Assembly (NCBI GenBank): GCA_965285935.1
Contig: OZ260661.1
Span: forward strand, 6,634,001-6,698,000
Reading direction: 5' to 3'
Origin: Ophelia neglecta
Taxonomy: Eukaryota
DNA length: 64,000 nucleotides
Shown here piece after piece: positions 29,041 to 39,282 of the stretch (the first letter of the stretch is position 1; each line of letters begins with the position of its first letter). A program made the position numbers and the translations under genes. Under the pieces are notes generated by a model. It ran no database searches, was not told the DNA's origin, and was given only the letters and a program-made list of their open reading frames with translations.

Positions 29041-29533
29041 TGAGTCTCTGTCCCTTGCTGTCCCCGAATGAGTCCCTTGGTGTCCCCGAATGAGTTCCTT
29101 GGTTTCCCCGAATGAGTCCCTTGGGGTCCCCGAATGAGTCGCTTGGTGTCCCCGAATGACTCCCTTGGTGTCCCCGAATGAGTCCCTTGGTGTCCCCGAA
29201 TGACTCCCTTGGTGTCCCCGAATGAGTCCCTTGGTGTCCCCGAATGAGTTCCTTGGTTTCCCCGAATGAGTCCCTTGGTGTCCCCGAATGAGTCGCTTGG
29301 TGTCCCCGAATGACTCCCTTGGTGTCCCCGAATGAGTCCCTTGGTGTCCCCGAATGAATCCTTGGTGTCCCCGAATGAGTCCCTTGGTGTCACCGAATGA
29401 GTCCCTTGGTGTCCCCGAATGAGTCCCTTGGTGTCCCCGAATGAGTCCCTTGGTATCCTCGAATGAGTCCCTTGGTATTCCCGAATGAGTCCCTTGGTGT
29501 CGCCGAATGAGTCCCTTGGTCTCCCCGAATGAG
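29041..29533. repeat. 22-bp minisatellite, ~22 copies
   Basis: Same unit with a degenerate left edge. Confidence 0.95.
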
Positions 29534-30256
29534 TAAGGCACATGGACCGGGTCGGATTATTCACCACTTGTATCCATAAATGTCCTTCCATACTGGTTTT
29601 CTTGCGCAGAAGTCTTTTATTTGCCTCCAGGAGTGGAGTGAGGACCCTTCTGTATTCCCCGTACGCATCTACTGACCTATTACAAGGAAGGGGTAGGGCA
29701 TGTGGACATATTATTCAGCCGTTTTATCCATATAAGCCCTAACATCTTCCTTTTCTTACCAAGCCAAGTCATGGACTCCTCTCCAGGAGCGGAACGAGGA
29801 CACTTCTGTTTTCGCCGTACTTAGCTACTCTTCTCATACAAGGCTGAATACACTGTTAGCTAGATTTCTGATTGAGAATTCCGTTTGAAAGTTTTTGGGG
29901 TGCATTATTTATTAATAAGAATTTGTTTTTTTTTTCAATTTAAGGACTTTCTAATATTCTCTTATGAATTCAGAAAAGAACAGGGGCTTTTATTTATTTC
30001 AATTGCACCTGCCCTAATTGATTCAACACATAAATCGTGTTTTACCCGGAAGTTCCTGAAATCTACTTCACTTCCCCCTTATTCGCTCCACTTTTTTTAC
30101 CATTAAAGTGAACGAGCAGCATTCGGTTCTGTTATCAGTAAAAGAAAGGAAATGTAGTTGTTGTGGGAGCTTGTTGCTTGTCATAAAGATCCTTCAATTT
30201 TTTATTTAATCCAGCACCAATGAACAGACCTTCTGCATACACAACAATTTTTAAAC

Positions 30257-30337
30257 CCTGGCGCCCCCTGGCGCCCCCTGGCGCCCCCTGGCGCCCCCTG
30301 GCGCCCCCTGGCGCCCCCTGGCGCCCCCTGGCGCCCA
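30257..30337. repeat. 10-bp repeat (GGCGCCCCCT)n, ~8 copies
   Basis: Expansion of a motif found in 1-2 copies throughout the array; a degenerate run also lies at ~18670-18746. Confidence 0.9.
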
Positions 30338-32332
30338 TTTCGGAAGGCTTCTGCCGGCATGTTTTCCGGTATTATCACTTTTACCTTGGTCCCGATACAT
30401 CGACACGAGTATTTTCTCACCTAAGCCATGTGTCACCGAGACTGTTATTGTCCAGGTATATACGCTAAGATTGTGGTCAGCGAACCAAACGTTACATTAA
30501 AAAGGACGTCTACAGACCAGTTATCAGAAAGTCATATAATCTGAGCTTTTAAACACATTAACAAAACTGTATGCACCTCAAGAAATGCATACTTGTCTGT
30601 GTTTAAGGGAGTGACTTATGTATCTATCATATAACAATAATACCCACCGCGATAATGTTCCCACCTTTTCCAAGTGAGTTAACATGGTATCCATCTTATA
30701 TAATATACCTATCTATTTTATCCGTGGGAGTTCCCCGAGGGAGGGGACCACCAAGACCTAAACCCAGACATCTTCAAACGCGTTATGAACCTACTGAGTG
30801 TATCCATGGTACTGAGCTCCTGAAGAGCATCCACCAGGACCTTGACCCTGACGTCTGCAAACACATAACAACCTACTTACCGTTGATCCATACTTGGGAG
30901 TGACTTAAGAGTGTCCACCAGGAGTCAAGGACCTTGTCCGCAACGTCTTCAAACACATTATAACCAACCCCACCATTCATCCATGCTACGGAGTTCCTGA
31001 AGGGCGTCCACCAGGACCTTGTCCCGATTTCCTAAACCTACTTACTTTTTATCCAAGCTGGGGAGTTCCTGGAAAGCGTCCATCAGGACCTTGTCCCCGA
31101 CTTCTTCCAATACACAAAGGACCTACTTACCGTTTATTCATTCCTGGGGAGCTCCTGACCAGGGCCTACGAGAACCTTTCCTCCAGCGTCTCCAAACACC
31201 TTATATCCTACTTAGTGTTTATTTAAGCACGGAAGGTCCTGGAGAGCATCCAGCACGACCTTCCGAAACGTCATCCCTCTTTTTATCTACAGAACAAACC
31301 AGTCAAGTATAACCTTCGTACATCTTTTTAAACTGGTCACACTTCTACACTACAATATCCATCTAAGTACGAAAGGGATTTGTCACCATTCATCATATTA
31401 TTGAATACATAATTATAACCATCTTGCTTACCGCCTTGGTTTGTCAGTTAAGTCCAACACGCCTGCCTTTATCATTACTCGTTTTGTCTTACAACAAAGA
31501 AGTTAATCTGTATAAGCGTGGTGCTTCCCTCAAACCCTTGATAGTATTATACTTTGGTGGTATTACCTACCTCATATAAGTGTCTTCAACCAAGTCTTAC
31601 AACAGAGCCGTCTATTCTCAGAATATCGTGTCAACCAGCCTATTATGTAATAAATATAACACTCAAACGATGTTTAATATTATCAGTCTCTAAATATATA
31701 AAACATACTACGGTTTATATGGGATTGTGATGTCCCACCGCCTTCCTAGCCGCCAAGACCTACTTACCATGATGACCCCAGGGTGACCCCTGAGTGCGTC
31801 TGCCAGTGCCTTGTCGCCGACGTCTTCCTTCTTGCTATAACCATGCTTGCCGTTTTGACGCCATGGTGACCCCTGAGGCGTTCTGTAAGACCTTGAGACA
31901 GGCATCTTTCATCTTGTTACACTTACTGTTTCCATCCTTGGAAGGCCTCCACCCGGACCTTGACCCTAACCCGGACCTTGACCCTAACCCGGACCTTAAC
32001 CCTAACCAAGACCTTGACGTCTTCAATCTGGTTATAAAACTTTCTACATAGCATACACACTGAGCCTCTTTCACGCCCCACTGAGTCCACCGGTCCCTCG
32101 TTTCTCATTTTGTTTTGTTTTTCACTCTGTGGATTACTATAAATTATTTCGAACTGATTTACATTTATAGAACATGTAGTTGATCTTATTTCTCTTGATG
32201 ACAACCCTGGGATATTTAAAGCAATTCAATGCATGTATTTTGATCACTGGATTTTATTTGTTTGTTGGGTGCCCTTTCCATGCACGGGAAGAGCCAAGGT
32301 GCTGAGGACGATAGCCTACCTTAATCAACAGA

Positions 32333-32470
32333 GAAACTGGTTGTTACTGAGGAGAAAATAATCTCCGTGGAAACTGGCTAACACAGAGGAGAAAATAATC
32401 TCCGTGGAAACTGGCTAGCACTGAGGAGAAAATACAACCCGCGGAAACTGGGTAACACAGAGGAGAAAAT
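32333..32470. repeat. 37-bp minisatellite, ~3.5 copies
   Basis: Unit GAGGAGAAAATAATCTCCGTGGAAACTGGCTAACACA. Confidence 0.85.
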
Positions 32471-32919
32471 ACCTGGCTGTTTCAAGTGAGATGAAATGGA
32501 ATGCTGCCTGAGATAGACAGCCTAGAGGTAAGTGCCCATCCATGACAGATGGGGAGGGGATATGGGAATGGGACAGGGTGGTTGTGGGGTTGATGGGGTG
32601 TGCCTTAGGGAGGGTAAGGCTTTATTGGGTAGGGTTTAAAAGGGAGGGGGATTGGATGTATGGGCCTTGAAGGGATGGAGATTGGAAGAAGTTAACCTAA
32701 GATGGTTTCATCCATAGGTGGGACGGAATTAGATGAGATTGGGAATGTTGGGATGCACTTTGTAGGTTGGGGTTTGGGGGGGGGGGGGTGGCAAACATAG
32801 AAGAAAGTGAGATGGGATGGGGCATGGATGGGCCTTAGAGGGGTATGGGTTTGGATGGGTTGGGCCATGAACGGGGTGGGTCTTGGAGGGGTTGAGTCTT
32901 GGAGGGGTTGAGTCTTGGA

Positions 32920-33900
32920 GGGGTTGGGTCTAGGAAGCACTGGGTTTCAGATTGGGTGGGTCTGGGGAGCACTGGGCTTCAGAGGGTGTAGGTCTTGGGA
33001 GCACTGGGCTTCGGAGGGGGTGGGACTTAGAAGCACTGTTCTTCGGAGGGGGTGGATCTTGGAAGCACTGGGCTTTGGAGGAGGTGGGGCTTGGGAGCAC
33101 TGGGCCTCGGAGGGGGTGGGTCTTGGAAGCCCTGGGCTTCGGAGGGGGCGGGTCTTGGTAGCACTGGGATTCGGAGGGGGTTAGGTCTTGGGAGCACTGG
33201 GCTTCGGAGGGGGTTAGGTCTTCTGTGCACTGGGCTTCGGAGGGGGTTAGGTCTTGGGAGCACTGGGCTTCAGAGGGAGTCGGTCTTGGAAGCACCGGGC
33301 TTCGGAAGGGGTGGGTCTTGGGAGCACTGGGCTTCGGAGGGGGCGGGTCTTGGGAGCACTGGGCTTTGGAGGGGGTTAGGTCTTGGGAGCACTGGGCTTT
33401 GGAGGGGGTGGGTCTTGGAAGCCCTGGACTTCGGAGGGGGTTAGGTCTTGGGAGCACTGGGCTTCGGAGGGGGTTAGGTCTTGGGAGCACTGGGCTTCAG
33501 AGGGAGTCGGTCTTGGAAGCACCGGGCTTCGGAAGGGGTGGGTCTTGGGAGCACTGGGCTTCGGAGGGGGTGGGTCTTGGAAGCCCTGGACTTCGGAGGG
33601 GGTTAGGTCTTGGGAGCACTGGGCTTCGGAGGGGGTTAGGTCTTGGGAGCACTGGGCTTCAGAGGGAGTCGGTCTTGGAAGCACCGGGCTTCGGAAGGGG
33701 TGGGTCTTGGGAGCACTGGGCTTCGGAGGGAGTGGGTCTTGGGAGCACTGGACTTCGGAGGGGGCGGGTCTTGGGAGCACTGGGCTTCGGAGGGGGTTGG
33801 TCTTGGGAGCACTGGGCTTCGGAGGGGGTTGGTCTTGGGAGCACTTGGCTTCGGAGGGGGTGGGTCTTGGAAGCACATGGGCTACGGAGGTTGTGGGTCT
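32920..33900. repeat. G-rich 32-33-bp minisatellite, ~30 copies
   Basis: Unit GGTCTTGGGAGCACTGGGCTTCGGAGGGGGT(G/TA); the overlapping ORFs are repeat artefacts. Confidence 0.95.
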
Positions 33901-34249
33901 AAGGCAGTCGATGCGGTTTTCGGCCAGCAGCACTGGTCTCACTCATGCATATCTATTTTAAAGACAGAAATAACACTCATAACTTATATTGAACTATTGA
34001 TGGAAATATTTACAAGATGCATGTAACTATTTCAGTACTGAACAGGACATAGGAATCCTATATTTCCTGATACAACAGAGAGTACTGGCCCACCAATTCT
34101 TTACCACACCCAAGGCATCAGCCAGCACTTCCATAAGCCAACATCCTCCCTCGGCTTGATGAAGGGGTGCTGACCATCATGGACAGTTGTGGTGATATTA
34201 ACATGTACCAGTAGGAAAAAAGAGCCCAGAGAATCTGATGAAAGTATAT

Positions 34250-34453
34250 TCCTTTACTAACACTTTTTAGTCAGAATAACTTCTGACCCACCCACCTAGA
34301 AGATTTTTTATAAAATAGAGCTCAATAACCGCTTACTTCTTACTATTATCCCCATGTAAATAAAAATAGACAGTACAATAAACAATAAACTATACCCAAC
34401 TAAAGACACTTAATGACCCACATGGTGTCTATGTGTCGTTAAGCCCCAAAAAC
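34250..34453 (+). mobile_element. 3'UTR-only copy of the same I-clade/Nimb-like LINE
   Basis: Matches 24972-25173 up to GTGTCGTTAAGCCCCAAAAA; no TSD seen. Confidence 0.8.
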
Positions 34454-34632
34454 TGTGACTTACGACCACCCAAGGGGAAATAAAATATATGGATAATACT
34501 GGTCTGATTTCAGAGGTTGTCTGTTAAGACAGGTTATTTAACATTGAAAGTGAACATCATGGTGCTTATATAAGTGGTCTGAAATAACAGGTGGTCTGAT
34601 TATAGAGGTGGTCTTTAAGGCAGGTTCCATTG
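34454..34632. mobile_element. Tc1/mariner(pogo)-type MITE, left TIR lost
   Basis: Homologous to 54980-55157; ends AGGTTCCATTG|TA. Confidence 0.65.
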
Positions 34633-35584
34633 TAGTCTTTTGTTTAGTATTTATTTTCTTGCACTGCAAACTCACCTAAACTGATAAAGTTTGGGTTTTC
34701 AAATTTCAGTCTATAAATGTACTACTATCTATAAATGTATTACTATCTATAAATGTACTACTATCTATATCAGTACTACTTTGGTTTTCATTTAGTAAAC
34801 CAACGCATTTTTGTGATATTAAGTTTTTTATTTAAAAATAAGCGTTTGGCTCCTCTATATAAATTATTTTTTAGATGTATAGTTATCATTTTATTACATG
34901 GTTACAATTTCATTGTTTCAAATTTTTTTTTTCTCTTGGATTTATTAATTATTGTCTCATTTAAGGAAATGTACATATATGTAATATTTCGTTGTAAATA
35001 AATTTGGCGACTAAGTTCTAGTTTTCTACCATACCCCTTTAATATTCAAATTTACCTTTTACTTGTACGAGGAAGTTCAACTTTAAAGTCGATATACTTG
35101 TATGTCCATTTTCAATATTTAAATAAGATAAGAAAAATTACTAAAAATATTTGCATCAAAAGGTGACATAAATCCTTATCCCCTTTCAAATATAATATAC
35201 ATTCTGATCCGGGAGAAAACATTGTACACAAAAGGAGATGTAAAGTTATAACCACTTTTAATTTATTCAGAAATCCAGAAATTAATCAATTGCTTACTAT
35301 TAAAAGACACTAAAGTGGTAACACTCCTTATAATTATCACCTTAATTTTGTGAGATTTCATTAAAAAAGTTATAATTGGATCAAATTAATCAATAAGTGT
35401 CATAGTTTATTAATGAGTGCCATGGGTGAAATCCCATAGTTATTGTGCCACCATTAACCCCAAAATTGAAATAAAAAGAGCAGAATATACCGATGAAATC
35501 ATACCAATGTTAGTTATAAGAAATTTTCATTAAATAATTTCTATTTTGGGTAAAAATTAAATATTTTCAATTCAAGGTCCTTAT

Positions 35585-35683
35585 TACCCTTCGCAGCAGA
35601 GGCTAATGCTTATCGCATAGCTACTCAGCATCACCATGCTACAGGCGAAGAGAACGAAGCTGTGTACTCTGCTATGAAGGGAA
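35585..35683. mobile_element. 99-bp non-autonomous DNA transposon with 9-bp TSD
   Basis: Termini TACCCTTCGCAGCAGAG and CTCTGCTATGAAGGGAA; TSD GGTCCTTAT at 35576-35584 and 35684-35692; internally deleted relative of 56248-56622. Confidence 0.8.
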
Positions 35684-35814
35684 GGTCCTTATGGGCAAGG
35701 GAAGAAAATTAAAGAAAAAAAATGTTATTCGGTGTGCAGATTCCTGTATTCCATAGAACTCCAAGGTCAAAGGTCATCTTCTTTATCACAATTTTCATGT
35801 ATGTTTGTGTGTAC

Positions 35815-36470
35815 TTCTTTTTTGTGATGACATGTCTAACAAATACAATGGTTACGAGCCAATATAAACACAAGACCCAAGCCAACCTGGGTTTATACAT
35901 CACTACAAACAGACAAACGGGAGAAATAAGGCCCAATGCATTTACTGCAAGCTCCCAAGCTGCAAGCAAAATCATTTTTCCCGAGATTAAAAGCATCGTA
36001 TACAAAATAGCCCAAAACTTCAGGAAAATAAATTTCATAATAGTTTAAATTACTGAAATTAGATTCGAGCTTTGATGCCGCCGAGTATCCCCCCTCTTGG
36101 ATTTCACAAGAAAGAGGGCAAATACAAACAAAATGTCTTTCATCCTCCGTGACACCCAAGTCACAAACCTCACATAAATGACCAGATAGGTCTAGGCCAC
36201 GATATCGCCCAGTTTCAATTTTCAAATGTTATACCCGACCTGACCTGACCTGGGCTAACAGACTTCTTTGAACGAGAAAGGAAACTAGTGATGCAAGGTT
36301 CGCAAATAAAATTTTCTTTAAATAAGAGATAGGTACGTAGTTTAGGCTTAGCCTCCAGACAAACCCCCCATCTCTGCTCCACCAACTGGGTTAGCTTAGA
36401 TGTAGCTACACAAATATCACACATTTGCTTTTCATCAAAATTATTTCCAGGCCAAGAGTATCAAAAAGAT
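35815..36470 (-). mobile_element. Degenerate LINE ORF2 C-terminus and 3'UTR
   Basis: KPKLRTYLLFK...RSG and IETGRY..LCEVC..TEDERHFVCICP motifs, split by a frameshift. Confidence 0.7.
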
Positions 36471-36915
36471 TTAAAATATATTACTATTTTGTGATAAATA
36501 AGGGGTTTCCTAATTTACTTTATGTAAACGGCTTTAGTGTCCAGTGCTAGTGCTCAAAATAATAGCCTCTAGTACAAACAGCTCACAGTGCAAACAAAAA
36601 GTGAACTTAAAGTGTTTATTCACAGCAAGAAACATGTAAGTTTGCAGCACTTAATGTTCCTGGTTTGCCCACAAATTATTACACTGCCTTATAATTTTAG
36701 TGGCATAGGTCCTCACTGCGCCACTTATTTTCACGAGCCTTTTATTTTCATGGTTTTGACCCTACTCGTGAAATCAAGAAACAAGGGGCTTGTAATATAT
36801 AACATCCTTACAGTACACTACATCTTGGAAATTGGAGCAACAATTTATTTAGAGAAGATTTGCTTTGATCTTATTGAATAGCAAAATAAGGCAGCATACG
36901 GTAATTTGTTTCTTA

Positions 36916-37282
36916 GGCCAAATAAAAATAATATTTTGTCCCCTGTAAGGGTCCTGAAAAATTTAGGGTAGGTAGGTAGGTTATTCATTTTATTTTATTC
37001 TATTATTTTCTTTTTACTGGAAGCAAATTTTCCTGTTTCTTAAGAACAAAACTATCAATGATAGTGCACTAACATGATAAAATGTGTCTTTCAGAGCATG
37101 TGGGTAGACACATCAATCAGCTAAATGTTTGCCCCATGAATCATTTCTCAGAAATGCAGTAAATCAGCTGAAAAAAATGGAAATTGCCCTTTTTAGTAAA
37201 ATAAAATAAAATGAAAAATAAAATTTTCAGAGAAATGGAGTAGGTAGGGTTATGGGAAATAAAGTATATTTTTTATTTCGTC
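36916..37282. mobile_element. MITE with GGCC-type TIR and TWA flanks (Zator- or Harbinger-like)
   Basis: TTA|GGCCAAATAAAAATA at the left and TATTTTTTATTTCGTC|TAA at the right (imperfect); subterminal GGTAGGTAGG. Confidence 0.4.
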
Positions 37283-38039
37283 TAATGCAAGTTTAAATAG
37301 ATTATTAAATATTATTAAACACCAACCAAAAGCCCATTCAGGCTTACTTAATCACATATTGATCAGTTTTTGAACAGAGGAATAGTCAGCTATGGAATTG
37401 AGTGCTACAATCAGAAGTCTTACTTGTGGTGTATACTATATTCAATTTAATATTTTTTTTTTCATTTTTTCAAATCTAGAAAATAATGAACTTTTGTGCC
37501 AAACTTGGGGATGCATCTTGTCTTGGGGTAACAAAGTTCCCTTTTAAGACATTAGTAATAAATATTCAAATATTCGCTATCCTTTTTAGTTTTGTCTTTT
37601 CTAATATCATTTACATTACCTACGATGCAGTGACAGAAATTAGTTCAGTCAACGGCAAGTCTGCGTTCAGACAGGACCCGTTTCAATATCCCCTGTTCTG
37701 GGAACACTTAAATTTTGCTGTCATGTTTGCGGTTTTAGCACACAACTTATTTTGCTGCCCTTTAATTTATGCATTAGAGGCTTCCACAATGGCCGGACTC
37801 TGCTTCTGATTTTTTTTGAGAGTTTTTTTATTTTGGGTTTTTGACCCGTCAAGGAAAATTCCCGAAATTAGAGGCTCATGAAACAAAAGGATTTTAAGAT
37901 TTAAACACAAACTATTATATACATAAACTAGATAGTAGTCGATGTGGATCGATGTCGACTTGAACAGTCGCCTAGCAGCGTCGCCTAGATGTTTATTAGC
38001 GGATGAAAGATTTAGGGGAAAATTGGTCAGAAGCAGATG

Positions 38040-38775
38040 TAGTGCTGAAAAGACTTTAGAGACTTTGCGCGACATACAAACCTTACCTGATGAATCATGG
38101 CAGCCATCTTGTTTTTCCGATCGGTCCGAAAACAATTTGAACAAAAATAAACCGAAGATGAAATTCAAGGACACCACTGGATTCCTTGTGTATGATTTCC
38201 TATTAGTATTGAAAACATTTTATATGTCTATCTCTCAGCATTAAGATTTGACCTTGAAAAATAAACCCAAGGTGAAATTCAACGACACCACTGGATTCCT
38301 TGTATATGATTTCCTATTAGCGTTCAATACATATTATGCGCCTATCTCACACCGTTAAGCTTCCAAAAGATTCCATGTTAATGCATTTCTAAATTATTGC
38401 CCTCGGCGGCCATCATGTTTTTCCAATCTCGCCCAAAACCCATGCAACACACTGCAATGTCCAAAAGATGACTTCCATGAAGTTTCGGAAAAATCCCTTC
38501 ATCCGTTCGAGAGATTTCGCGCAACATACAAACCTTACCCGGTGAATCGTAGCAGCCATCTTGTTTTTCCGATCGGTCCGAAAACAATATGAAATCATCC
38601 TCAACTAGCCATAACAAACTTCCATGAAGCCACAAGTGAATTTCTCAAAGCCCTGAGGAGTTATAGCGGTTTAAAGTTGCTTAAAGTTGCTTCGGACGGT
38701 CGGTCGTTCAGTCGGACGGATGGACAACCCGACTACATAATGCCTCCGGACCCTTCGGTGCGGAGGCATAAAAAA
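38040..38775 (+). mobile_element. HINE/Helentron-associated element, 3' part
   Basis: Internal repeats (38070/38525 and 38161/38275), GGACGGA microsatellite, and terminal hairpin ATGCCTCCG..CGGAGGCAT (38740-38769) followed by A's; 5' boundary uncertain. Confidence 0.55.
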
Positions 38776-38789
38776 CTTCTTTTACATTA

Positions 38790-39115
38790 CAGTGAAACCT
38801 GTGTTTGTAGTCACCTGTGTAATGGAGTCACCTGTCCAATAAGGTCACTAAATAATAGCCCAATCCCCATTTATACCCCCCTTTTAAGGCCACTTGTATA
38901 ATGTGGGTACTTTATTCCAGTCCCTTAACTGACCTGATTAGAAAGTGAAATCTGTGAATTAAGACCACCAAAGGGACTGGAATATACTGGTCTGATTAAA
39001 GAGATGGTCTGTTTAGACAGGTTATTGACATTGAAAGTGTACATCACAGTCCTCATATTAGTGGTCTGAATTGACAGGTGGTCTGATAATAGAGGTGGTC
39101 TTTAAGGTTCCACTG
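38790..39115. mobile_element. Two fused Tc1/mariner-type MITEs
   Basis: TA|CAGTGAAACCT ... AGGTTCCACTG|TA; the halves match 62683-62861 and 54980-55157. Confidence 0.7.
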
Positions 39116-39163
39116 TACCTATAGAAATAACAAAAGGTTTAATTTGGTTTAATTTGTTTTTAT

Positions 39164-39282
39164 TTACATTGCCCCTACGTCCTCCAATTCTTGAAGGAAA
39201 TTCCGACATTTACTTTTAAGTATGTTAACTGCTTCTGTGACCAAGATATCTGGAGGCAGAACTCCGGTGGACTCCACCGAGA
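39164..39282 (-). CDS. POLR1C: POLR1C coding exon 11 ([11 protein letters not shown]...EDVGAM*)
   Basis: Acceptor catttcag; stop TAA at 39164-39166 overlapped by AATAAA. Confidence 0.93.

Larger units (their letters stand above)
1..32060 (-). pseudogene. Complex higher-order tandem array (macrosatellite) derived from a degenerate RI-type LRR (possibly NLR-like) coding sequence; runs off the left edge of the window
   Basis: Anchor GTGGGAGTTCCCCGAGGGAGGGGACCAC, or a near variant, recurs at 179, 2385, 4526, 9661, 11535, 13701, 19134, 21091, 25487, 26581 and 30724. Internal sub-repeats are ~84 bp (28 codons). Minus-strand translations fit LxxLxLxxNxIGDxGAKxL: ILQG*DLDNNSIGDVGAKV (5185-5241), RRLDLHNNSIGDA (4250-4288), YNKIVDVG (28988-29011), LNKH*VGYKVFGDAGEKVLV, GYSKKEDVGDKALADALRGHP (~31782-31843). 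All copies carry stops and frameshifts. Confidence 0.75.

Noticed and set aside
299-31312. Recurrent plus-strand ORFs of 60-160 aa in the array as a tandem gene family
   Set aside because: Starts, frames and stops are not conserved between copies; the coding-like signal is on the opposite strand
31952-32010. 18-bp repeat containing CCCTAA, suggesting an interstitial telomere
   Set aside because: No pure (TTAGGG)n run; the unit is a slipped copy of the LRR codons GTT AGG GTC AAG GTC C(T/G)G
32692-34026. Many long ORFs on both strands
   Set aside because: Stop-poor minisatellite artefacts; the same applies to 23430-23780, 28984-29591, 30135-30468, 40738-41022 and 44811-45095
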